64,000 bases of DNA from Mesotaenium endlicherianum (taxonomy: Eukaryota): contig WELA01002099.1 in assembly GCA_009602735.1 (NCBI GenBank), positions 35,904 through 99,903 of the forward strand, read 5' to 3'. The position numbers and the translations under genes are program-made. Below, piece after piece: positions 1 to 10,759 of the stretch. Within the stretch, counting starts at the first letter, position 1; each line of letters begins with the position of its first letter. The notes below the pieces were generated by a model. That model made no database searches. It had not been told where the DNA came from and saw only the letters and a list, made by a program, of their open reading frames with translations.

Positions 1-248
1 CCCCGTGCCCGCCCCCTCCCCTCCTCCCGTCCCCCTCCGCCCCTCTCTGCCCTCCTCTTCCCCTCCCCATCCCGTGCTCTTCTAGGGCTTGCAGCTTCCA
101 CTCTCTTTCTGTGCATTTGTTTGTGGTTGCAATCAGGGCCTCCTGCCTCCCCTCCCTCCCCAGGGAGCGTTGCCAGCTGCTGCTGCTGCCAGCGGGGCTG
201 AGTCTGGCTCGGCTCCTTGGGGCTGCGGTGGTGGCGGCGGGGGCGCAG

Positions 249-1191
249 GAGCCATGGGCGTACGGGGAGGCGGTGGAGAGCAGCTGCCGCGCGTACATCG
301 AGCTGCGCTACCAGATGCTGCAGCTGTGGTACGACCTCGCACACGAGCACACGCGCGCGGGCAGCCCCATGATGCGGCCCCTCTTCTGGCACTTCCCGCG
401 CGACCCCCAGGCCTACACCTGCAGCAGCGACCAGTTCCTGGTGGGACCCTACGTGCTGGTGGCGCCCGTCATGAAGAAGAACGAGTCGCAGCGCGACGTG
501 TACTTGCCCACCGACCCGAGCCTCCCGCAGTGAGTCCCCCCTCCCCTGCACCCCCTCTCTCCCTTCCCCCCCCCTTTTGCCCGCTCCCTCCCTCGCAAGC
601 CTCCTTCCCCTGTTGGTTCCCCCTCTTGCGAGTGAGGTACCCGCCCACTCTGCTCTTTCAAGGCCACAGGCTCTTGCCTTTCTGACTATAGGTCCAACTC
701 CGGGCCCACCCTTTCTGCGCGCGTGCTGTGCGTGTGTGCATGTGCATGCGTGTGTGTGTGGGCCGCTGCCGCCGCAGCCCGACGATGTGGTACCAGTTCC
801 ACGGGCTAGGCCAGCCGCTCTCCGCGCCGCTGCAGGGCGGGCGGACCCACAAGATCGACGCGCCGGTGGAGCCGCAGGGTGCGAGCGGCAACGTGTTCCA
901 CACGGTGCCCGTGTTCATCCGCGAGGGTGCCGTCGTGCCTTTCCGCCAGGTGGAGCAGTACGTGGGCCACAAGAAGTACAACCCGCTGACGCTGCACGTG
1001 TACCCCAACTCCACCTCCCACGGCCACGAGTCCACGTGAGCACGCCCCAACCTCCTCCCCCCCCTGCCCCCCCCTCCCCGCCNCCCCCTCCCCGCCCGCC
1101 CCTCCTGCGCGTCCTGACGGGCGGTTCCCTGAGAGGCTGCCTGGGTTGTCTGCTGCTTGTCTATGTTTAGAGACTGTGTGTGTGTGCGCGC

Positions 1192-1226
<35 letters not shown>

Positions 1227-1845
1227 TGATGGCCGCCTTTCTTGTGCGGCTCCTGGTGCTACTTGCCCTTTACGCCGACCCCAGAGCCAAGATCGTAGAC
1301 CCCACAAACACTGTGGACTTTTTGAGATCGCAGAGTTGCTTCTTCTTGTCCCCATTCCCCCCGCGGGTGGCAGCGCTGACACCCTCACTGCCCCACGTGT
1401 GTGTGTGTGTGTGTGTGTTTGTGTGCGCGCCCGTACGCATTGGGGCATGAGTGTGTGCAGCCACACGCTGTACCAGGACGACGGCGAGAGCCTGGCCTAC
1501 CAGGAGGTCCAGGGCAGCCCGGAGGAGCAGCAGCAGGTGTATCGCCTCTCCCGTGTCAGGGCCTCCTCGCATGCGGGCCGCGACGGCCGCAGCGGCACCC
1601 GGACCCTGCTCGTCAAGTGGGACGTTCTGCACAACGGCTTCGGCGCCGACGACTGCGACGCCAGCGAGATCTACTTCCCCGACAACCACATGTTTGTGCG
1701 CGTGCACGGCGTGTGCGCAAGCCCCGCGCCCGAGGTCAAGCTGGACGGCGCGGCGGCGGCCTTTGCCGCCAACGAGGTGGAGGGCATTGACGTGCGCGTG
1801 CCCTACCCCGCCAAGGAGCTCACGGTCACTGGAACGTGGGCTTGA
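249..1845 (+). CDS. 3' part of a glycoside hydrolase family 31 (alpha-glucosidase/xylosidase-like) gene; exons 249-529, 778-1035, 1461-1845; upstream exons lie outside the window
   Basis: The exons translate to EPWAYG...IELRYQMLQLWY...GSPMMRPLFWHFP.D...DQFLVGP.VLVAPV...RDVYLP, WYQF...VPVFIREGAVVP and LYQDDGES, which are typical GH31 C-terminal motifs. GT-AG junctions are phase-consistent (phase 2, phase 2). Stop at 1843-1845. Confidence 0.9.
1175..1225. repeat. (TG)n microsatellite; similar (TG)n/(CA)n tracts at ~1397-1425, 17565-17600, 18394-18432 and 46780-47120
   Basis: Dinucleotide runs visible directly, all intronic. Confidence 0.95.
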
Positions 1846-3318
1846 AGTCACCGCCCGTCCACCCGCCCGCTCGCCTGTCCTCCACCGGCCCGCTCGCCCA
1901 ACCTGCCCGCCCGCACCCTTGGCGTTTTCAACTCTAGAAGCATGAAGCATCTTTGTACATGCCACAGTATAGCACAGCCTACGAGAGAATTGGGAGAGAC
2001 CCCAGGGGCAATTTGTGGAGGGGCGCCACAGGTGCATATAAGAACAATTTATACACAATCACCTATGTATGATATGTATGTATATGTACATTCCTATGAA
2101 GCAGGATATAGCTTATTTATGTCGCAGTGGTAGGGCTTTATATGTTCATTTGCTGCTGAAGCTACAAGTTGTGTAGTTTTTTTTTTTTGAGTCATTTGCT
2201 TCATATACTTCTTAGTGGGACTTATTTCAAGGGCACGCTATGGCCAACTCTCTGCCTACTCTCTGCCCGTACAAAGTACAATACAGGAGTGGAGAGATGA
2301 GCTGCCAATAATAGCCTTTTCCTAGTCCCTGTGAGGGGTATAGGAAATATAGCGCAGGACTCATATTGCACACTTTTTTTGGTGCCCAACTTGTATAACT
2401 CCAACGGTACGATGGAACATCCTACCACAAGTACCAAGATGTGTGCGCTTGTTATGGTGTTTGAAGGTGTTTTTGGAAAAACAAAAATTCACTGGTCATT
2501 TTGAAGCTAAGGAATCAGTTATTTGGCCAGTGCTATTTGGCGAGTAAGTCATCCTCCACTATACTCGTATGTGATTGTACTGATCGTACTCCACCACTTG
2601 CTTGGAGCTAGGCTCGTGAGATAACCTTCACAATTTTCCACATTCAGCACAATATGTTATATAAGTATAAACATATATACACTAGTTGCTGATTATGATT
2701 TGTACAAAAGTACACGCCGGTGACATTTTGCTCAATATGAAGTAGCAAATTGGGCTCCATGAATTCAATGAAGAGGACCCAATACGTGAGGGTTGACGTT
2801 CGACGTGGTCGTCATCCTGGTGCGTTCAGATTCGTTTTCCGTAGAGCTAATTGTACACGGTGACGTTACCTGTCTCCAAAAACTCTCGAGTATAGTCTTT
2901 AAGTTGTCAGAATGGGACGTCGCTAGCCCACCTTGCGAATTGTCGAACGAGTTGATTGGAAAGATGTTCAATGCAACGAAGTTCTGCATAATGTCATAGC
3001 GGGCCGTACTGGGTCATACCGTCTTCAGCGCGTGTGTGTTGTGCTTAAACCCCGACCGAGCAGCGTGGCACGCTTTGTCCTTGACTGCTTAGAGCAGTGG
3101 AACGTCCATGCAGTCTGAGGATGTAGAAGTCTTGGGGATGCTTCAGGCGGCTTCGAGAAAATGCATTAAAAGCAGGGTGATGAGGGACCTGAAGCAATAG
3201 GTAGCTTGATTACTTGTAGAATCTGCCCGGTCCTGGCGGTGGTCTTGTGGAGGATTGCCGCTATTCTCGGTCGGTAGTTACAAGACCTCTTGTGAAGTTT
3301 GTTCACTTTCTGTACAAG

Positions 3319-5532
3319 ATGAGTGCATCCGGAGGAGGGGGAGGAGGAGGTGGTGGAGGAGGGAATCAGCCGCAGTTCAGATACACTCAGCCACCCTCCA
3401 AAGTGTTACATGTGAGAAATTTGCCATGGGAGTGCGCCGAGGAAGAGCTGGTCGAGCTCTGCAAACCATTCGGGAAGATTGTAAACACGAAGATGAACGT
3501 TGGCGCAAACCACAATCAGGCTTTTGTGGAATTTGTGAGCTCTCTTTCACTTCTACACCTTTCTGAAGTTTGAAATCTGGTCTAGTTCACTTTTCTCGGC
3601 CAGTTTAAGGTCCTGACATCACTTTATTGACTTGTGTGATTCAGGAAAATTTGAACCAGGCTATTGCGATGGTTTCCTACTATGCCTCTTCTTCTGAACC
3701 TGCCCAAGTAAGAGGCAAAGCAGTGTACCTGCAGTACTCGACCAGGCAAGAAATTGTCACCACTAAACAGTCTGGTGATGTAGCCAGCAACGTCTTGTTA
3801 GTCACGATTGAAGGAGTGGAGGCAGGCGACGTGAGCATTGATGTCCTGCACCTGGTAAGGAGCACTCTGGCACACTGAGCAGCAGGATGTTGCTATCACT
3901 TGTCTGCTGCTGTGCAGGGAGTTGTTAGCCTGCTTGTGTGATACGGATGCAGGCAGGTTTGTATGACATTTGGGGGTGAGTGCATAGTACTTTATGGGCC
4001 AGCCCGGTAGAAGAAAGCCATGTTATGGTTCCAACGTAGCTCTGTCTGTGTCTGCAGAAGGTCTAGGTCGGTGGTTGACTTAAGGTGCACGGTTGAGCAG
4101 GTCCTTGGGCCGGCCACATCTATGAACGCAGACTTCTGCATTGCCTTGGGGGAGATCGCTTTTCTGTTTGTTCACTAACCCTAGCCTAATCTCCGCCCTT
4201 TCCAACTGCCCTAATCTCCCTCTCTCTCTTTCCCCAACTCAGCGCCCCGCAAGGCCTCTCATCCCCCTCCTCCCGTGCACCCTTAGGCTCATGCAGTTCA
4301 GTACTTGGTACGAACATTCCACGCTCACACGTGGAAGGCCACTTCAATGTGGAAGCTTGAGTGGTCTGGAATCATCATGTAGGTTAGCGCTGGAGTATCT
4401 ATAAATTTGCAGGAGTACTGAGTGTAGTGCAAGCCTCATTGCAGTTGGTAGGACAAGTTTGGTCATGTTCTTGGGAGTGATAGCTTGTCATGGATGTCTC
4501 AGCAGATGTAGAGTGTAAGTAGAGTAGGTAATGCATTGTCTCTTCGATTTTACTAGCTGTTGTGTCATACTGAGATCTTGTCCATGTGGCTGGTTCAAAA
4601 GGTGCTGTGCAAAAGTACAAGGATGTCGCTTGCTATGCTTGTGCTTACTAAATTTCTTTGGCTGATGTCAATGATCTGTGGCATGTCTGTATGGTGATGC
4701 TTTTTTGTGAAATTTGCTCTGCAGTTGCAGCATCGTACAATTGCAAAGCTTTGTGTATTCTGTGATTGCCATCTTAGCATTGATAATGGTAATCAGCTGA
4801 ATAATAGAGTGCATGACATCCTCTACATGCTGTACTGCCATTGCCTTATTGTTGCAGCTTTGCATAGCTGTTACCGAGTAGGTATTGTTCCGTAGGAGAT
4901 GCATAGCATTGGACGTCATGCAGCATCTTGGTTTGATTTGTTAACCTTGATTTATGGCGCTTTGTGGTAGCATCATCACATGCATTCTAAGTTATTGTTG
5001 TTGGAATTTTCACGTGCATGACATAGGAAGCGGTGACATTTACTTCGATGCCGCCTGCGCTGTACTGTCCCCTGTTCTGCCAGGTGTTTTCTGCTTTTGG
5101 ATTTGTGCACAAGATTGCCACATTCGAGAAAAGTGCAGGCTTCCAGGTGAGCGCGTTGCTGTTGCTCAAGCTAGGCTGCATGCATGTCAAGGCTCAGCCA
5201 GGCTACTTGGTTGCATGCCAGTTCATCTAGTGTATGCCAACTGAGCTTGGCAGGCCACCTGCTAGGGATTACTTATTGGTCACCAACATTGTTTCTCATA
5301 CAGTTCTACAAAACAGTTCCACTGAGTAGGGCACCTACAACTTCACATTATGCTGCAAGAACTTGAATGTCTTTCTGCATATGATGGCGTCATGTCTGCA
5401 TACGATGTCTTTACACGTATTCCATGTCTATGTTGGTATTGTCACCGCAGCAAGCGTTGGTGCAGTTTGGAGACCCCACGACAGCCTCTGCAGCAAAGTC
5501 AGCCCTGGAAGGCCGCAGCATTCCCAAGTGCG

Positions 5533-5623
<91 letters not shown>

Positions 5624-8600
5624 NATGGCCTTGCTCTGCTGCTTTCCTTGGGGCGGCTTTCTCAAAGACCCTCCTAGCGATTAGTGCCTGCTGCACAGCA
5701 GTGTGTGGGTAGTGTTGCTGATTGCGTGGAGCAGCGGCTGGTTCACTCTGGTTTCTTGTTGTGACACGTCCTCGCGTGAGGCAAGTGTGCTTGCTATTTG
5801 TTGCTGTGACGCGTCCCAAGAGCAGCTCAGCCCTGCCCTGCCCTGCCCTCTGTGATGTGCACTTTTTAGCTTGCCTGACCAAGGCTCTGCCGCCTGCCTG
5901 CCTGCCATCAGGTACCTGCTGCCAGAGCACGTGACACAGTGCAGCTTGAGGATCTCGTTCTCGGCCCACAACGACCTCAATGTCAAGTTCCAGAGCCACC
6001 GCAGCCGGTACGCCCCCTCTTGCTCTGCACCGGAGCCTTTCCCTTCTTAGAGTCGCATTTTTTTGGAGCGTGCTCTGGTAGCTGGTTGCCTGGCCTGGGA
6101 CAAGTTGGAGTGTGCATTGGTTGTGGCGTTTGACTGCGCCCTGCAAGTGGTCTGTAATATTTCTGAACAGGACTGGCCTGCCTGTTTGTTTGGCTTGGTT
6201 GCATTAGATTTCCCCCTCCTGCAGTGTGGTGTTTGTGAGGGCTGTGGACTTCGATGAAGGCATTATCTGCTTGTTTGCCAGCAATGGAAGTCAGAAGTAT
6301 CACTTCTTATTCTATCTGGACATGGCAAGATAGGGCGCGGCATGCACATGATGACATCTCATGTTGATAGGAAGAGGCTGAAAACCCGCCGGGGTGCTGT
6401 TGTCAAATGACATTCTGACGCATGCCGAGCGCCGAGCCATTTGCTGATCTAAGAGGGAAGCCATGCAGTTTGTCGACTCTGAAGCAGCTTGTTGGCAGCA
6501 GTAGTGTCTGTGCCTGTGTGACATACCATTGTGGTCTCTGCATGGAGTAAGCACGCTGCCGGCTGGGTATGCTGTGTTGGGTGGGAGCAGGGACTACACC
6601 AACCCTTACCTGCCCGTGGCCCCTTCTGCCACCGACGCCAGCGGCCAGGTAACACACCACTGTCTTATTACTGGCATCCTGCATCTTAGTATTCTGAAAT
6701 TTTGTAGTACATTTGGTATCAACTTTATTTGGCTGGTTGCAAGAGGTTTCGTGGGTCTGTCCTCTGTATTATCAGAGGAAGTCAATGCGTGCGTCTGTTT
6801 GTTGGCGTCGAGACATAGCGGGTGTGTGGTTGTGTGTGTGCGTGCGTGGGTGGTCCTCCAGCGGCCATGTCAGCTGGTGTTCGTATCTTCAGCATCAACT
6901 TTTTCATCTCTCTTTCTGGTCTCACCCTCTTCCTCGTATGGCTATATCAGAATATACGTGGACTGCGGTGCGCTTGGGTGGGGGGGTGGGCTCTTGCAAT
7001 GCATTTGAAGTCCACGTGAATTGTGGTCCCCTTACTTGGAAATTGATGCGTGGGGTAATGGCAGAGGAGGGAGCCGGAGAGCAACGTGCTGCTGGCCTCC
7101 ATCGAGAACATGCAGTACGCCGTCACCATCGACGTGCTTCACACTGTACTGCCTCTCACCCCTGGCTTCCTCTCTCCCTGTTCTCTATCCCTCGCTCCCC
7201 TTCTGCTATTGCATTGTGCTGCCCTAGTCCGGTGCCCCTTGCTGCCCCTCGCTTGCAGGCATGTCCAGCCAAGGCCAGCCTTGTGACCAGCCTTGTGTTT
7301 CTCCATTTTTTGGTTTTGGATAGTGTGGGAGAGTTCAGGATTGCATGGGGAATTTATGCCCTATATCATAGTACCAAGATTCTTTTTTTGATGGAGAGAT
7401 GACTGTGTGTAGCAGTGTTGCAGATTTAGGAAGTATGGACCGCACCTCATAAAAAGCGGCCAGGCTAGAGTTTCCGATGAGCCTGGTCGAAGAAGGGGAT
7501 GCAACAGCAAGCAGAAGCGTTGGGCAGGTCGGGCGACCAGGGCTAGTTGCTCGCGTGGGTCCTATCATTAATCAGCGCTCCTCCATGAGTTTACGCTTCT
7601 GCGAACGTCTCGTCGTGAAAGCTCGTGAGTGCTCTTGGGCGCTTGTCATTATTCTGAAGCGCAGTGAGCGGGAGCGCGTGTGTCCTCTGCCTCTGCTTCT
7701 GCTGTGGTGCTGACAGGTGTTCTCCGCCTTTGGCACCGTCCAGAAGATTGCCATATTTGAGAAGACTGCCGGCTTCCAGGCCCTTGTACAGTACCCAGGT
7801 ATGTCTGCGTGTGTGCACCACTGCAGAAGTTCTTTTCTTATGGTTTTCAAAGATCTTTTCTCTGCGTCCCGATAGCTGCTCCATGTGCTTGCCTCATCAT
7901 ATGTGCTTCCTTTGTGCGCGCTCACTTTTCGACCTCTGCTTGGCCAGCAGACAAAGGATGTGCTTGGAGCTGCTGGTCTGAAATCCCTCTCGTGCCTTCT
8001 CATTAGGTGCAGATCCATGATCTGCGTTTACCCGTCTAGGGTCCATTTTCCCACCACGCATCCGCAAAGCAGAGTGCAGAAGGTTGTTGCCCTTGTTTGC
8101 TTGCTCGCGCGTCCGCATGCTGGTGCACGTCTGTGCTGTGCCCGTGCTGACTCTGAGCCAGTGTGATGGCTGCGTGGTTCTGCCCCAGATGTGACGACGG
8201 CGGTGGCGGCCAAGGATGCGTTGGAGGGGCACTGTATATACGACGGGGGCTACTGCAAGCTGCGCCTCTCCTTCTCGCGCCACACCGACCTCAACGTCAA
8301 GGTAAGCGTCCCGCAGGCCTCTCGACATGCCTGCCTGCCTGTCCATCTGCCATACTGGCTGGTCTCGTTTTTTCGCCAGTGTTGGTCACGCAGATCTCCC
8401 TCTGGTCCTTGTGTGCACACCCTGCGCCGCTGGCTGCAACCTGCTTACTGCGCGTGGCTGCCTGCAATCTGCGCCCAAATGGCATGCTGCAGGACCAGCC
8501 CGCCTGTGGAGCTTCTTGTTCAGTTGACCACTCCCGGCCAATGCTTTCCATTCATGGTTGATTTGTGCCTGTGGTTTAGAGTCATGTGAATGCGGTACAT

Positions 8601-9776
8601 AGTGCCAGCCATTGGTGTGCATGCATCTTATAAAAAGCGGCCAGGTTAGGGCTTCCAATGAGCCTGGTCGAAGAACAGGATGCAACAGCAAGCAGAAGCG
8701 TTGGGCAGGTCGGGCGACCAGGGCTAGTAGCTCGCGTGGGTCCTATCATTAATCAGCGCTCCTCCAGGAGTCTTCACGAGTCTCCTCTCCACTTGTGCAT
8801 CACTTAAGGGAGCCTGGACACACGCGTGTGGCTGCAGCTGCCCTGTAGTTTTTTTGAAGCTAGCGTTCAGATTTGAGTTTGCCTCTTTGTTTCCGGAGTG
8901 TACCTGCTGTCCACCATTCACCTGCGGCATGTGCTGCTGCTGCTGAGTCTGAGGCTGTGAGACAATCAGACCAGATCTGGAAGGCCAGCATGCTGATGGG
9001 CCGCGCATACGGGGTATGCTGGATGATAGTGGCAGGCAAACAGTGACCGCAGTCGGGATTACACGCAGCCCCAGAACCCGCCTACGCCCGCCGCTGGCGG
9101 TGCCGACAGGCCGGCGTCCGGCGGCGGGCCCCCCCCCGGCGAGTACTCCTACGGAGCCCCTACCGGCCCCCACCAGCAAGACGGGGGCGGCGGTCACGCG
9201 TCACATGGCCAGGGCGCACCCACTGCGTGGGACTACGAGCAAGCGCACGCTATTGCAGCTAAGGGCATAACCCCAGGAGGCAACATGTATGGCGGCCCGC
9301 CCCCTCAAGGGCCTGGCCTATACGGCCCCCAGGGCGGTTCGGGACCCCCTCAGGGCCCTCCCCAGGGCAATGGAGGCCCCCCTCTTCTTCATGGTGGCGG
9401 CCCCCCTGGCGGCCCACCTCAGCACGGGGGCCCTCCCATGGGCATGCCACCTGGCCCTGGCCCGCATGGCCCAGGAGGCCCCGGTGGGCCCAAGCAGCAG
9501 GGGCCACCTGGCGGACCAAGGCCGCAGCAGCACATGGGACCGCCGGGAGGCCCACCCATGGGCGGCGGAGGTCCTCCTCCGCGTGGACACATGGGGCCGC
9601 TAGGACCCCCGCTCCACCACATGGGCGGCCCGCCCGGCCCACCCCCCTATGGTCATCAGATGCAAGGGCCACCTGGCCCTCCTGGTGGGCCGCGGCCTGG
9701 TGGCATGCCACCTGGCCCCCCCCCTCCTGGCTCTGGTCCTGGCCCCAACTACGGGGGCGGTGGCTACATGAGGTAG
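3319..9776 (+). CDS. PTB: Polypyrimidine tract-binding protein, plant PTB1/PTB2 type (three RRMs plus a Gly/Pro-rich tail); exons 3319-3534, 3645-3854, 5084-5146, 5451-5527, 5912-6007, 6591-6648, 7065-7145, 7717-7798, 8189-8301, 9036-9776
   Basis: Translates to QPQFRYTQPPSKVLHVRNLPWEC...NHNQAFVEF, SNVLLVTIEG...VSIDVLHLVFSAFGFVHKIATFEK, SNVLLASIENMQYAVTIDVLHTVFSAFGTVQKIAIFEK and LEGHCIYDGGYCKLRLSFSRHTDLNVK, recognisable as plant PTB1/2. All junctions are GT-AG and in phase. A micro-exon between exons 6 and 7 cannot be excluded. Confidence 0.95.
4287..4378 (+). promoter_or_regulatory. Alternative cassette (poison) exon in PTB intron 2; 92 nt; inclusion frameshifts the mRNA to a premature stop at 5932-5934
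   Basis: A CU-rich tract (~4180-4285) ends in TTAG| and the donor is |GTAGGT at 4379. 92 nt is not a multiple of 3. It lies in the intron after DVLHL, the position I recall for the NMD-coupled cassette exon of angiosperm PTB1/2. Confidence 0.75.
7442..7585 (+). ncRNA. Candidate intronic H/ACA-type guide RNA, copy 1 (PTB intron 7)
   Basis: Hairpin: lower stem 7442-7448/7495-7502, pocket ATAAAAAG / AAGAA, upper stem 7457-7466/7480-7489. ACAGCA (ANANNA) at 7504-7509 sits 14 nt from the top of the pocket. Second hairpin 7516-7579. A near-identical copy lies in intron 9. Confidence 0.5.
8622..8766 (+). ncRNA. Candidate intronic H/ACA-type guide RNA, copy 2 (PTB intron 9)
   Basis: Lower stem TGCATCTT (8622-8629) / AGGATGCA (8677-8684), the same pocket, upper stem 8638-8647/8661-8670, ACAGCA at 8685-8690. 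The lower stem differs in sequence from copy 1 but still pairs. Confidence 0.5.
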
Positions 9777-10759
9777 TGAGGTTCGCGCGGAAAGCTGAGC
9801 CTCTCTTAAGCTGAATGCAGTGTTGGTTCTCTCCCTGCACTTCCAAGCTCTAGTTCAAGCCCTGTCCGCTGTCACCTTCAAGTGCTCAAGCAGATTGTAG
9901 CAGTGTTGCATGTTCCTCCGGAAGGTATTGTGATAAATAGGAATCAAGAGATGTGTTTCTCTATTGCCTTTCTCAATCCAGCAAAAGACAGCTTGGCATG
10001 CAAAAATACTGTTTTTGTTTGTTGAGGTAGCATATGCAGGGGGCATGCCTTGGCAGTTCCTGTGTCGAAAGTGCCGGCCACACTAATGCCAATTTTCTCA
10101 TATGCAACTTTGTATCCTTTCAACTGTACTTGGTTGGGGTCAGTGACAGACACTTTTGACTGTGCTTTTCTCTGTTGAATGTCTGCAGTACCAAGATACA
10201 TGTAGCTAAGCAAAGTCTGTGGGAGCTTCTTTTCCCCCACAAATCCGTTTTAAAGACCTTGCGCGTTTGGGTGTCGATCATGCACTTCGTTTTCATTTCG
10301 CGTGTGCTTAGCGAGTTTGTGAGATGCAGCTTTGCAACGAGCTTAAGTGTGGCTTTGTATACATTCTCCAAAACTTAGGGTCTGAACCCTGTCGCATGAG
10401 GTGTTTGCTTGTGTTGGACAGTACCACTAATACTATCTGCTACTAGTAAGGAAGAGGTAGTTGATTAGTGGGCTGTAATGGGTACTCAGGTTTGCCACCA
10501 TTAGTGAAATGTGTACCAGTTGAAAGGACATGGTGGACGAACACCTACATAAGAAGGCATTGTTGCAAACAAAATGTTCCACGTTACGACAAGGCATTTA
10601 CATGAAGAACTCTTCGTTTTGCACATTTCACAATGCAAACAAATTTGCTATATGCTAGGTAGGTAAAGAACAACCTCAGCTTCAACCCTGACAGGTGGAG
10701 ATGTCTGACAGTTACATCTCCGCAGCAGGGAAAGGGATGCCCCTTGCGAAATTAAAGTG

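Noticed and set aside
5533..5624. ~90-nt poly-C run giving poly-Pro/poly-Gly ORFs
   Set aside because: It lies inside PTB intron 4 and ends in an N, so the length is probably an assembly artefact. It is not coding.
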